Below, piece after piece: positions 10,603 to 19,714 of a stretch of DNA of 64,000 nt (position 1 is the stretch's first letter; the number at the start of each line of letters is the position of its first letter). The position numbers were made by a program, and so were the translations under genes. This DNA is from Escherichia phage vB_EcoM_G4507. The stretch lies in the sequence record NC_054919.1. One strand, written 5' to 3'. The notes beneath the pieces are model-generated. The model searched no databases, had not been told where the DNA came from, and saw nothing but the letters and a program-made list of their open reading frames with translations.

Positions 10603-10910
10603 TGCAAATTCCCTGCAATTGGTATACTAACAATACGCCCAGTATCTAAAATTCGCTGATATAATCTTTGTGTGTCTACGTCAGGCTTAACATGTTTAAC
10701 TTCTATTTTATTAAACCAAAACTTACGTGGAGTCTCAACTAATCTTGGAATTCCCTTACCTAAAGCTAGTCGATACTGTTCTTTAAGAGTAGTAAATACT
10801 TTATCAGCAATCTTCCATTCAAAAAATACAGCAGGACGATGTTCATCAAGCGGAACTGGCGCCGTAAATCCGTCTTTGTCTCGGTAAACTATCGCATATA
10901 CATAAACCAT
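10599..10910 (-). CDS. hypothetical protein (dda.1-like)
   Basis: 103-aa ORF, 4-nt overlap with dda. Confidence 0.6.
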   Translation of the reverse strand: MVYVYAIVYRDKDGFTAPVPLDEHRPAVFFEWKIADKVFTTLKEQYRLALGKGIPRLVETPRKFWFNKIEVKHVKPDVDTQRLYQRILDTGRIVSIPIAGNLQ

Positions 10911-10911
10911 A

Positions 10912-11658
10912 TTATCCTCGGATAAGTTTAAAAATTGAACAATTTAGCGGATATCCTCTTTTCAGTTTAAGTTTATCAATAAAAGACAAATTTTGATACC
11001 GCTCTACACCTTGAATAATTTTATCACACATATCATATTGCATTTCTGCTTCTGACAACTTTTTCACAATTTTCCAATCCGAACCTTTAAGAAGAACGTT
11101 CAGTTTAACAACTTCAGCGCCTTCTGCTATGCGAGAACCATCAATACGTGCTTTAAGTGCTATAATCCTCAGCTTAATGTCAGAGGTCTGTTTTGATTTA
11201 GAAAGCTGAGAAATATGTTCAATTCGGTTTTCACGTTTTTTCTGTATAGCTTTAATTTGATTATAAGTCTTTTTGATTTTAGCCCATTTCTTTTCATCTA
11301 AATTTAGTTTATGAACTTTTTTCGCAGATGAACGACCAATTCGCAAAGCAAATAAATCGCGCTTTTCAATCAACTCTTCTAAAGTATAATCAGAACGAAA
11401 TGTATTATACTTTTTCTTTACTGCAATAACATTCCCTTTAATGTATCCAACGTTATTATCAAAACGTTCTAATGATAATTTCTCTCCTTCAATACGATTA
11501 TCAAAAGGTTCTCCCGAGTAAGCACAAACTTTCTGATCTAAAATGTTCTTAATGTAATTGAAGTCTAAGTTAAAATCTTTAGAACGTCTTTTTGCAGATG
11601 CCTGAGTATGCTCTAAACGACGTTTAATTTTACGAATTTGGTTATTAGACAGCTTCAT
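10912..11658 (-). CDS. srd: Srd host-takeover regulator
   Basis: 248-aa basic protein at T4 srd position between modA and dda.1. Confidence 0.75.
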   Translation of the reverse strand: MKLSNNQIRKIKRRLEHTQASAKRRSKDFNLDFNYIKNILDQKVCAYSGEPFDNRIEGEKLSLERFDNNVGYIKGNVIAVKKKYNTFRSDYTLEELIEKRDLFALRIGRSSAKKVHKLNLDEKKWAKIKKTYNQIKAIQKKRENRIEHISQLSKSKQTSDIKLRIIALKARIDGSRIAEGAEVVKLNVLLKGSDWKIVKKLSEAEMQYDMCDKIIQGVERYQNLSFIDKLKLKRGYPLNCSIFKLIRG

Positions 11659-11781
11659 ATTTTTCTCACATCTTACGGACGGTTAACTACTTATACTATA
11701 ACATTTTTACCTTAACTTGTAAACAACTTTATGTAAAAATGCTTTAAAAATTTCATGGTATAATGAATCTAAGTCCTTCCA

Positions 11782-12384
11782 TTATAGATTAAATCCTTCA
11801 AAATCAAGAGTATAGATAGTGTATGTTGAATACTTTTTGTACTCATATCTATCTGCAATTCTAAATACGCTTCCAGCTGGTATCATTACTTCTTGTTCAT
11901 CTGAAACTAATTCCATATTACGATAACGATGACTATCCGGAAACTTAAAGTTTGGATTGTATTCTTTGCACCGTAAAGCTTTTATAGCATACTCCTGGAA
12001 ATTGAATACCATAGGAGCTTTGAATTCAAAAATAACTTGTGTGTTATACTCTAAACCGGAAGCAAAATGTAGAGCTATATTTTTATCATATGAAGCTGAT
12101 ACTACTTTATCAAATGTAATAATATCAATTCCTTGATTTAATACTTGTTTAGTCTCAGCTGGAACACCTCTCCAAAGAGGTTTATCGTTTGGAACCAAAC
12201 GAGATTTGATTATTTCATTTAACCAAGTATGGTCATCTGGTTTATTAGTAATACAATGAATTAAAAGTTCAATTTCAGATAAATTAAACCCTTCAGAAAG
12301 TAATTCTTCACGAATAGAAGCACGCACCGATGCATCCATTGATTTTATTTTAAAATCTTTTAGTTGCATTACTGAGTATTTCAT
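11782..12384 (-). CDS. modA: ADP-ribosyltransferase ModA
   Basis: 200 aa; adjacent paralogous pair matching T4 modA/modB sizes and order. Confidence 0.8.
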   Translation of the reverse strand: MKYSVMQLKDFKIKSMDASVRASIREELLSEGFNLSEIELLIHCITNKPDDHTWLNEIIKSRLVPNDKPLWRGVPAETKQVLNQGIDIITFDKVVSASYDKNIALHFASGLEYNTQVIFEFKAPMVFNFQEYAIKALRCKEYNPNFKFPDSHRYRNMELVSDEQEVMIPAGSVFRIADRYEYKKYSTYTIYTLDFEGFNL

Positions 12385-13004
12385 TCAACTACCTCAATAT
12401 CATAAACTTTAAATGTTCCAAATGAATCGTGTAATTTTTCTTTTGAAATAGAAGTTATTTTGTACTTTCCAATTGGAATCATCCATTCTTGTTCATGCAC
12501 AATCATCATTAAGTTATCAGTACGCTCTGAATCTAATCCATCAGTATCTTCATATGTATACTTAAACTCAGTATTAGGAGAAGAAAGTATAATATCGCTG
12601 ATATGGTCAGAGTAATTAAAAGCTTTATCAGTTTTTAAACGAAGTATTGTTTCAGTGAAATATTCAGCATAAGAAAAAGAACACGCTGTATGCAAACTAG
12701 TAGTAAATGAATCTACCCTGTTCGTTGAAAACACTTCTCCAACTTGTAAATCTTTAATAAGTTCTTTTGTCGATTTTGATATACCACGATATAATTGATA
12801 AGGCGATTTAGTTAAATGCTTTTTAATGATTTTATTCAACTGTCTGTGAAGAGCTTCATTCTTTTTGGCTTCCATACATTGCCAAAGAACTGACTGCTCA
12901 AAGTCAGTAAATTTTTCACAGACCTTTTTATACATATCATATTGAAAATCAACGCTTTCAGCTTTTATAGATAACTGTTCAACATCTGCAAGATTAATAA
13001 TCAT
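12381..13004 (-). CDS. modB: ADP-ribosyltransferase ModB
   Basis: 207 aa; 4-nt overlap with modA. Confidence 0.8.
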   Translation of the reverse strand: MIINLADVEQLSIKAESVDFQYDMYKKVCEKFTDFEQSVLWQCMEAKKNEALHRQLNKIIKKHLTKSPYQLYRGISKSTKELIKDLQVGEVFSTNRVDSFTTSLHTACSFSYAEYFTETILRLKTDKAFNYSDHISDIILSSPNTEFKYTYEDTDGLDSERTDNLMMIVHEQEWMIPIGKYKITSISKEKLHDSFGTFKVYDIEVVE

Positions 13005-13030
13005 GATAGCCTCCGTATACTTCAGAAGCT

Positions 13031-13060
13031 ATCATATCATTGTTAGAAAGGAAAGTAAAC
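13031..13060 (-). promoter_or_regulatory. early-type promoter (GTTTAC -35, TATGAT -10)
   Basis: Motif on minus strand upstream of modB. Confidence 0.5.
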
Positions 13061-13071
13061 AACTTTTTGAA

Positions 13072-13254
13072 TTATTTTGCCCAGGGAGCCCAAGGCGGAG
13101 GGTCAAGATGGTATGAAGCCAGTTCTTCTAGAAGAGCATCTGGGGCTTCAATTCCATAATTCTGTAATACTATACGGTATTCTTTCTTATAATCACTAGA
13201 ATCATTCTGGATATTCGTAGAATGATTATCTTCTAACATCTCAAATAAATCCAT
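13072..13254 (-). CDS. hypothetical protein
   Basis: 60-aa acidic ORF. Confidence 0.45.
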   Translation of the reverse strand: MDLFEMLEDNHSTNIQNDSSDYKKEYRIVLQNYGIEAPDALLEELASYHLDPPPWAPWAK

Positions 13255-13262
13255 ACTAATTC

Positions 13263-13733
13263 CTAGCGATAAAAACCAAATTGACGATTAGCTTCAATAA
13301 TCTTTCTTTCTTCTTCGGACATTCTCCAACGTAGTCCAACATCAAAATGAGCCCAGACCATCTTAACAAATGCATTTATATCTTTAATATCTTCAATAAT
13401 GAATGTTTTACTTTTAAAAGGCTGACTCGCTAATTTAACTTTATCGTCTTCAAACATGTCAAAAAGACCATATTCATGAGCTCTTTTATAGCCTTTAATA
13501 GTTAAAGCTTCGGAAGAAGAAAATGGTGAATCAGTATTCTGCAAAATATCTTCAGTATGCTTTATAATTAGAATAACATTTTCTGGATATTTTCTTTCTT
13601 TTATATCTTTAATTAAAAAATCCGGATTTTCTGCTAAAGGAATAATTAATGAGCATTTTTTATCAAGTGTATTTACTGATTTACCTTCTTTAGACATAAA
13701 TTCTATTGAATATAATTTTGCTACTTCAATCAT
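13263..13733 (-). CDS. hypothetical protein
   Basis: 156-aa ORF. Confidence 0.6.
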   Translation of the reverse strand: MIEVAKLYSIEFMSKEGKSVNTLDKKCSLIIPLAENPDFLIKDIKERKYPENVILIIKHTEDILQNTDSPFSSSEALTIKGYKRAHEYGLFDMFEDDKVKLASQPFKSKTFIIEDIKDINAFVKMVWAHFDVGLRWRMSEEERKIIEANRQFGFYR

Positions 13734-13886
13734 GTGATTTCCTTTTGCCTACTAATGGACCGTCAGGAACTTTGTTTTCCTAAATGTATTTCTCATTTTC
13801 TTCCATCATTTTACTGCCAATTTTAAGAAGCAAATCCAGTGCTTCATTTGCTTTAGCTTTAGCCTCTTCCAGCGTCATATCTTTGT

Positions 13887-14090
13887 TCACGATTTATCCC
13901 CATAGATGTCTCTCATCAATTTAAGCGCTGAGCGTTCTAATTTCTTTTCTTTCTCAGCACTAATCATTGATTTCATCCATTCTTCCGATTCGTTCTGCAT
14001 TTCTTTATTTGCTTGTTCAACCCAACCATCATCAATGTACATTGAGTTTGGTCTATTGAACCATTCAAGAATCTTCTTGAGAGCTTTCAT
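13887..14090 (-). CDS. hypothetical protein
   Basis: 67-aa ORF; antisense 13906..14103 judged spurious. Confidence 0.5.
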   Translation of the reverse strand: MKALKKILEWFNRPNSMYIDDGWVEQANKEMQNESEEWMKSMISAEKEKKLERSALKLMRDIYGDKS

Positions 14091-14562
14091 TTATTTTACC
14101 TAAAACAATAGTAGGAGCATTGTCAAATTTATGAATTTTTAGCAAATTTGGATTTAAATTATTCCATAAAGAGGTAATAAAATATGATAGCGCACTTTCG
14201 TCCGTAATTATAAATTTATTTCCTTTATCTATTTTCCAATCATATATTGAATCATATGAATAGAAGGATAACGGTTTATTATTATAATATGCTTCAGCAA
14301 CATCAATATAGTTAGATTTAGTAAATGCTTGAATTGCCATAAATGGAGAATTTTGTACAGTTTCAATAATTCCGATCTTTTTAAGTTTTATTTCAACATC
14401 TTCTGGAATTGGCATTGAAATAAAATCTTCTACTAGATACATGTTATTGTCATATCTTTTATCAATCATTACTGCTACGGTAATTGGAACATCCTTGACA
14501 AACGCCATACTAATGCTATTGATAGACATTTCAAACAAAATTGCTTCCATAATTTTCCTCAA
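14065..14562 (-). CDS. hypothetical protein
   Basis: 165-aa ORF. Confidence 0.6.
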   Translation of the reverse strand: MRKIMEAILFEMSINSISMAFVKDVPITVAVMIDKRYDNNMYLVEDFISMPIPEDVEIKLKKIGIIETVQNSPFMAIQAFTKSNYIDVAEAYYNNKPLSFYSYDSIYDWKIDKGNKFIITDESALSYFITSLWNNLNPNLLKIHKFDNAPTIVLGKINESSQEDS

Positions 14563-14900
14563 TCACAAGATGTAGATGAACAACTAGAATCACAAGAACT
14601 TCCACATGAATCGCCCGTCCATACATGAACAGGAACATTTGTATCATATGAATCAGAACTAGACTGTGTTTTCTGTGCATTAGATGATGTAGTAGGTGTT
14701 GACCAGCGCCAAGGATTTTTATAATATTCTTGGGCTTCTTCATAAGTCATAGTAACTGCTTCTACTGTTCCATCTCCCATATAAACATACTCAACTACAG
14801 TTAAAGGAAGGTAGTCATTTGAAATAGGAACTACACCTTCTCCGGGAGTTGTAGAGAAAAAATCTGTAAAGAAACTTTTAAACCAATTAAAGATAAACAT
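14559..14900 (-). CDS. hypothetical protein with Cys/Ser-rich C-terminal tail
   Basis: 113 aa; tail [18 protein letters not shown]. Confidence 0.55.
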   Translation of the reverse strand: MFIFNWFKSFFTDFFSTTPGEGVVPISNDYLPLTVVEYVYMGDGTVEAVTMTYEEAQEYYKNPWRWSTPTTSSNAQKTQSSSDSYDTNVPVHVWTGDSCGSSCDSSCSSTSCD

Positions 14901-15106
14901 TACAAAAAGCCTCTCTTGAATTCGACTTGCTTTTCGCCATAATCATATCGAATTTCTGCATTAAATTCGACAGAACCATCTGCGTACATCATAAATGAAT
15001 GAACAACAACTTCTGTAGACCATGGTTGCAGTTCATATTTCTTCATTACATGCCGTGAAATGATAATATCTAAATCTTCATTTGGTTTAATCCAACGATT
15101 TAACAT
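14900..15106 (-). CDS. hypothetical protein
   Basis: 68-aa ORF, 1-nt overlap with upstream gene. Confidence 0.5.
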   Translation of the reverse strand: MLNRWIKPNEDLDIIISRHVMKKYELQPWSTEVVVHSFMMYADGSVEFNAEIRYDYGEKQVEFKRGFL

Positions 15107-15159
15107 AGTGCTCTCCTCTATAAGATAATTCTATTATACCATACTCATTTTGATATGTA

Positions 15160-15198
15160 AACTGCAAAAACGAAAAAAGGAACCCCGAAGGATTCCTT
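15160..15198 (-). terminator. intrinsic terminator after soc
   Basis: Hairpin AAGGAAcCCCGAAGGaTTCCTT followed by U-rich tract on minus strand. Confidence 0.6.
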
Positions 15199-15203
15199 AA
15201 ATT

Positions 15204-15461
15204 TTAACCACCAATACCTGGAGTTGTCGTAACAGTCCAAAGACCTTCATTAGCAGTGATCCATTCAGTACGCTGATTTTCTTCATATACTGTAGAATAT
15301 GCTGCTTTTTCAGAAGGGAATGTCTGATAATGAGCACCAGAAATTTTGTGAACATCAGAATAAAGAGGGAAAGCTACAGAAATTTCTTTACCCTGAATTG
15401 TACCACCATCAACTGCTTGGTCAAATGTTTTGATATTAACATAACCGCGAGTACTAGCCAT
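15204..15461 (-). CDS. soc: small outer capsid protein Soc
   Basis: MASTRGYVNIKTF...ISVAFPLYSDVHKISGAHYQTFPSEKAAYSTVYEENQRTEW matches T4 Soc. Confidence 0.93.
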   Translation of the reverse strand: MASTRGYVNIKTFDQAVDGGTIQGKEISVAFPLYSDVHKISGAHYQTFPSEKAAYSTVYEENQRTEWITANEGLWTVTTTPGIGG

Positions 15462-15477
15462 GTAATTCTCCTTTTAT

Positions 15478-15687
15478 TTAAATTACATGATTATTTATAA
15501 TAAATTCTCGCGGAACGTTAAAATATCCGATTTTAGTTAATATAACAACATCACCGTTAATAATTACCGGAGAATAATCTTCTGGAGCATTAAATTTCCA
15601 ATGGGCTCTAATATTATATCCATCAGAACCAAATGCTCGAGTAGCCGGTCTCCCGGCTTTTTGCCACGCGTAGAAATCAAATTTCAT
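15478..15687 (-). CDS. hypothetical protein
   Basis: 69-aa ORF in the soc-56 interval (T4 segF slot as recalled; no endonuclease here). Confidence 0.5.
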   Translation of the reverse strand: MKFDFYAWQKAGRPATRAFGSDGYNIRAHWKFNAPEDYSPVIINGDVVILTKIGYFNVPREFIINNHVI

Positions 15688-15884
15688 TTTGAATGCTCTA
15701 TAATTAATTTTAAGGCTTCTTCGCTGACAAAAATTTCGTCAGGACCTTCTTCTATAACCCAATCAACCATACGAAGTTGATTAGTTAAGAGCTCACATAC
15801 GAGCTCCTTGTTATAATCTTTAAATAGCTGGTCAATACGTTTCTTATGGGCTTTCTTAAGCTGACGCTTATTTAAACGAGCCAT
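15684..15884 (-). CDS. hypothetical protein
   Basis: 66-aa ORF, overlaps flanking genes by 1-4 nt. Confidence 0.5.
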   Translation of the reverse strand: MARLNKRQLKKAHKKRIDQLFKDYNKELVCELLTNQLRMVDWVIEEGPDEIFVSEEALKLIIEHSK

Positions 15885-16402
15885 TAATAACCTCGGTCTT
15901 GACGAGCGAAGTTTTCAGCATTTTTCAGGTAATAAAGTTTAAAGATTTCTTCAGCTGACATTCCAAGAGCAATAAATTTATTCATGAAAAAGTGAAATTG
16001 GTCAATCAGTTCAAATTTAATTTCAAGCTGATCTTCGGGAGATAAATCTTGAATTTTCTTGGATTGCATTTCAGAATAACGTTTCTTCCAAGGTTTCCAT
16101 ACAGCAGAAGCTTCTTTTTCACCATTACTCATACCACCAAGAGAAGTATATAGTTCGCGAGTTTCATCTGCGATATAATCGTCTTGGTTTCGCAACCAAG
16201 CAAGAACTTCTCCTGCGGTTTCAAGTGAATCAGGATGACGATTTGTTTCTGGTTTATCATTAGCCAAACGAATCTGTAAATGCCGCTGCATATCAAGCAT
16301 AACCTGCAGTGGGTCAATATTGTGCATAATATTCTCAGCATATGCACGATTTGCTTTATCAACACCTTCGATCAAATGAGCACATTCATTAAAGTAAGCC
16401 AT
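15884..16402 (-). CDS. 56: dCTP pyrophosphatase (dCTPase/dUTPase)
   Basis: Track ORF extended upstream; ATG at MAYFNECAHLIEGVDKA preceded by AAAGGA RBS gives ~172 aa, matching T4 gp56. Confidence 0.88.
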   Translation of the reverse strand: MAYFNECAHLIEGVDKANRAYAENIMHNIDPLQVMLDMQRHLQIRLANDKPETNRHPDSLETAGEVLAWLRNQDDYIADETRELYTSLGGMSNGEKEASAVWKPWKKRYSEMQSKKIQDLSPEDQLEIKFELIDQFHFFMNKFIALGMSAEEIFKLYYLKNAENFARQDRGY

Positions 16403-16473
16403 TATTTTTCCTTTCAATTCATGGGTTAGTAGATTAATTATACAATAAATATATAAAGCAATAAGGAGGACAT

Positions 16474-16674
16474 ATGGTACAAAAATTAATGGCACTTGTT
16501 AATGCCATAAAAGGTAATAAAAAACGTATAGCTTTTACTATTTCTGCTATTGTAGGAATTTTACTCTGGAACTTTATTCTATCACCTGTTGCAATTGCGC
16601 ATGGTATTAATATTCCAGTAGTTACTCTTGATACATTTGTAGATTTAGCATTTGCTTTAGTTGGGTTGATTTAA
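16474..16674 (+). CDS. small hydrophobic membrane protein (two predicted TM segments)
   Basis: 66-aa plus-strand ORF with TAAGGAGG RBS 4-5 nt before ATG; sits in 268-nt gap between 56 and 61. Confidence 0.5.
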   Translation: MVQKLMALVNAIKGNKKRIAFTISAIVGILLWNFILSPVAIAHGINIPVVTLDTFVDLAFALVGLI

Positions 16675-17699
16675 ATCTTAGCATATTTAGATAGCCGCAT
16701 TTTAGCCATCAACCCCTGGGCAATATTATTTTTCATATATTCCATAATTTGTTCAGGGGTTGCACCTTCCTTTCTAATCATATCATTGACATCTTTTGAT
16801 TTCCAGGGAGATTTATCCCAAAACATAACCCTTTCTCCTGCATCAACTAATTTAGTCATTCGTTTGATAGTGTCAGGGTGACGAGGTTCATTATCTAAAA
16901 CCCACACTCGTCTATCTTTAAATGGAACAACTTCTAGGTCTAATTGACCACCTGTAATAGCTATACCATTTTCAATAAAAAGTGAATCTATAGGTCCTTC
17001 TAGAACATATACATCACCATCTTTAACTCGTTCAACACCGTAAATTTTTGTTGCCTCAGGATAAGCTTTAATGGTGATATATTTTTGAGGAGCATCTTTC
17101 TTTAATGCACGTCCTTGAAAAGACTCAGCTTTTCCATTAGCATTATAAATTGGAATAACAAGACGAGGCTCAGAAATTTCCTTTTTGTATGTTCCCGGTG
17201 CTATGCTATTAACTAATTTAGGCCATTCGGTTGTAAACCAAAGATATTTCCATTTATCCTTTGGAATACAACGAGCTTTTACATATTTTATAATTGGATG
17301 GTCTTCCGCCAGTTTATCTAATCTAACACATGACGGAAGAGATTTAATTATTTTCTTCTCAGGTTGCTTAGGAAGTTCTTTAGGTTTTTCTACTGGACGA
17401 CTTTTACCTTTTTCTTTTCTTATTTCAAAGATATACTCACGATATAAATCAGGTTCAAACTCCTTTAAATATATTCCGATTGGTGCATGATAATTACAGT
17501 TATAACAATGAATATTTCCTTCATTATTATCACCATAATACCATCCACGAGCTTTATTCTGGTCGGTTTTTGAATCTCCACAAACAGGACATCTAAACCG
17601 CAATTTAAAAGTTGAACTATTATTTACTTGTGTGAATTTAGGTAAATGAGCCAATGCACGATACGCAAACTCATTATCAATCCAAGGTATTGATGACAT
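16671..17699 (-). CDS. 61: DNA primase
   Basis: 342 aa; zinc-ribbon CPVCGDS...CYNC and TOPRIM-like core; matches T4 gp61. Confidence 0.93.
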   Translation of the reverse strand: MSSIPWIDNEFAYRALAHLPKFTQVNNSSTFKLRFRCPVCGDSKTDQNKARGWYYGDNNEGNIHCYNCNYHAPIGIYLKEFEPDLYREYIFEIRKEKGKSRPVEKPKELPKQPEKKIIKSLPSCVRLDKLAEDHPIIKYVKARCIPKDKWKYLWFTTEWPKLVNSIAPGTYKKEISEPRLVIPIYNANGKAESFQGRALKKDAPQKYITIKAYPEATKIYGVERVKDGDVYVLEGPIDSLFIENGIAITGGQLDLEVVPFKDRRVWVLDNEPRHPDTIKRMTKLVDAGERVMFWDKSPWKSKDVNDMIRKEGATPEQIMEYMKNNIAQGLMAKMRLSKYAKI

Positions 17700-17701
17700 T
17701 T

Positions 17702-17866
17702 TTACTCTTCTTTTTCTTTAGATTCCTCTTTTTTCTTTTTAGGAATCTGTTCAGGACCTTTATTTACTACAGCACCTGATGTTGTTCCAGTAGAGATATT
17801 TTCAGGATTACCACCTGAATCTCCAGCGACCATATCTTCTTTAATAAATTCTTTATATGTTTTCAT
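17702..17866 (-). CDS. small protein with capsid-targeting-sequence-like N-terminus (MKTYKEFIKE)
   Basis: 54-aa ORF found by hand; GAGG RBS; TAAtATG junction with upstream gene. Confidence 0.45.
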   Translation of the reverse strand: MKTYKEFIKEDMVAGDSGGNPENISTGTTSGAVVNKGPEQIPKKKKEESKEKEE

Positions 17867-17914
17867 ATTAACCTCTATTCATAAAAGCATTAAAAATTTG
17901 GTCATCAATAGATG
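17866..17914 (-). repeat. direct repeat copy A (~46 bp) spanning gene 3' end and stop/start junction
   Basis: Near-identical to 18225..18270 (3 mismatches). Confidence 0.7.
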
Positions 17915-18224
17915 GCGCAGTAATATTTTCTGCATCATTTAGCAAATCATTAATTTCATCAGATAGCATAACACATGTACCTTTATTTCCTGTAATTGTT
18001 ACTGCACAATTACGAACGTTTTCTTTATCAAATTTTAGGTTAATATTTTCGTAGTGAAAATCCTTTAATGCCGAATATATCTTTAAAATGAAATTGTCTT
18101 TTACTACAATAAACCCAACCTCACTATTAAAACGCGGTTCATGGAAACTGTAATAAACCTTTTCATCTATAAAATCGTATGAAATTTTTTCCATTTTTAA
18201 ATATGAAAATTCAGAACTATACAT
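17868..18224 (-). CDS. hypothetical protein (61.1-like)
   Basis: 118 aa; C-terminus SIDDQIFNAFMNRG shared with next gene. Confidence 0.6.
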   Translation of the reverse strand: MYSSEFSYLKMEKISYDFIDEKVYYSFHEPRFNSEVGFIVVKDNFILKIYSALKDFHYENINLKFDKENVRNCAVTITGNKGTCVMLSDEINDLLNDAENITAPSIDDQIFNAFMNRG

Positions 18225-18270
18225 ATTAACCTTTATTCATAAAAGCATTAAAAATTTGATCGTCAATAGA
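18225..18270 (-). repeat. direct repeat copy B
   Basis: attaacctttattcataaaagcattaaaaatttgatcgtcaataga vs copy A. Confidence 0.7.
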
Positions 18271-18858
18271 AACTTTTACTTTAGGCTGTTCTTCAAACGG
18301 TAATTCATATCCACATATTACAATTTTGTGATCGATACCAAAATACACAGAAGCAATATTATTAATATTATTTTCAGTGAAATCTAAATCAACATCAATA
18401 TCTTTTTGACTAACGCTCAAAGGATAATTAATACGAATAATTCGATTATCTTTAACAAAGATTCCACCGACATACTCTGTGCTGCGTTTAAAGTTTACAC
18501 GTTTCCTAAATGAAAAATATTCAGGTTCTTTATGGGCTCGACTCATAGGGCTTAAAGTGTATTCCGAATATGAAATATCAAATCCTACACCTTCAATATG
18601 AGCCAAAGTGTCATGATTAAACCAATTATAATCGTATGCCAAATCCATTAAATTGTAATATGTGAAAGGCACCGGATTAACATCATATGTTGTACCTTTA
18701 AAATCTGCCCAGGCAACGATTTCGTTATCTTTAACAATTACAAAAATTGTGCCAATAAGATATCCACGGTTATTTTCATCAGGCGTTATATTATAACATT
18801 GTGCATCAGGAAATTTACCGTATTTAAACGGTGGATTTTTGTGCATATAATAAATCAT
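18226..18858 (-). CDS. hypothetical protein (61.2-like)
   Basis: 210 aa; C-terminus SIDDQIFNAFMNKG. Confidence 0.6.
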   Translation of the reverse strand: MIYYMHKNPPFKYGKFPDAQCYNITPDENNRGYLIGTIFVIVKDNEIVAWADFKGTTYDVNPVPFTYYNLMDLAYDYNWFNHDTLAHIEGVGFDISYSEYTLSPMSRAHKEPEYFSFRKRVNFKRSTEYVGGIFVKDNRIIRINYPLSVSQKDIDVDLDFTENNINNIASVYFGIDHKIVICGYELPFEEQPKVKVSIDDQIFNAFMNKG

Positions 18859-18859
18859 A

Positions 18860-19153
18860 TTATTCGCCTGTGATTTCGGTTACGATATTTTTGTTATTAA
18901 AGTTTTTATCGCAATAAAGAACATAATTATACTGCATTACACCACCAGACTTAAGTTGTTTTTGCACTTCAGCTTTCATTTCAGGACGATCGCGCTCAAC
19001 GATATTCATAATATCCGCTTCAATTTGAGTTTCAACTTCAGTCTGATCTGCAGTCATAGACCATTCACACAAATCTTTATCATATCCTGCCATAGCAGGC
19101 TGAGCAGCACAAGAAGCCAAAGTAAAAATTGTAGCAAAAATAAATTTTTTCAT
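18860..19153 (-). CDS. sp: Spackle periplasmic protein
   Basis: 97 aa; signal peptide MKKFIFATIFTLASCAAQPAMAG; matches T4 Sp. Confidence 0.88.
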   Translation of the reverse strand: MKKFIFATIFTLASCAAQPAMAGYDKDLCEWSMTADQTEVETQIEADIMNIVERDRPEMKAEVQKQLKSGGVMQYNYVLYCDKNFNNKNIVTEITGE

Positions 19154-19213
19154 GATAATCTCCTCAGTAGTTTATGTTTATATAGTATCTCAATTTCCAA
19201 CAAAAGTAAACAG

Positions 19214-19471
19214 CTATTTTAAAACTTCTGCGTAATCACATGTTACAAACTGTTTCTCTAGCTTAACGATTTTACGAAAATACCTTTTATACTGACGAAT
19301 CTGCCTCTTCGTAGGACGTACAGCAAACTTAATAAATTCCACTCGACCAAATGGAGGACTTTCTTCTGCTGGAATATCTAACACCAATTCCCACGTATCT
19401 GCAATAAGTGCTTTGAATTGAGTATTTTTCCTGACGTTATACGGAGTAGGTTTAAATAAAACAATATGCAT
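19214..19471 (-). CDS. hypothetical protein (61.4-like)
   Basis: Track ORF overlaps dmd; ATG at codon 19 with GAGGA RBS right after dmd stop. Confidence 0.5.
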   Translation of the reverse strand: MHIVLFKPTPYNVRKNTQFKALIADTWELVLDIPAEESPPFGRVEFIKFAVRPTKRQIRQYKRYFRKIVKLEKQFVTCDYAEVLK

Positions 19472-19472
19472 A

Positions 19473-19655
19473 TTATCCTCGGCAATCCACTTCGCACACT
19501 TTCTTGTCATCAATGAAAGCTTCAACTAATGCTTTATTAACTTCAGCATATTGAGTAGTAGCCCATTGAACGTCATCTTTCATCATTGTGATTTCTTTAG
19601 TAAACATGCTTTCATTCTTAAACCACCCCATAAAAACTACCTTTACCAATTCCAT
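19473..19655 (-). CDS. dmd: Dmd antitoxin (inhibitor of host RnlA/LsoA)
   Basis: 60 aa, MELVKVVFMGWFKNESMFTKEITMMKDDVQW matches T4 Dmd. Confidence 0.92.
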   Translation of the reverse strand: MELVKVVFMGWFKNESMFTKEITMMKDDVQWATTQYAEVNKALVEAFIDDKKVCEVDCRG

Positions 19656-19683
19656 AACAATCTCCTCATTTAACCAACAAGAC

Positions 19684-19714
19684 TACTATACCATAGTCTT
19701 GTCAGCTTGTAAAC
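19684..19714 (-). promoter_or_regulatory. early-type promoter upstream of dmd
   Basis: GTTTAC -35 and TATAGT -10 on minus strand. Confidence 0.5.

Noticed and set aside
14531-14743. His-rich 70-aa minus-strand ORF
   Set aside because: It is an alternative frame of the Cys/Ser-rich repeat region and overlaps two better-supported ORFs.
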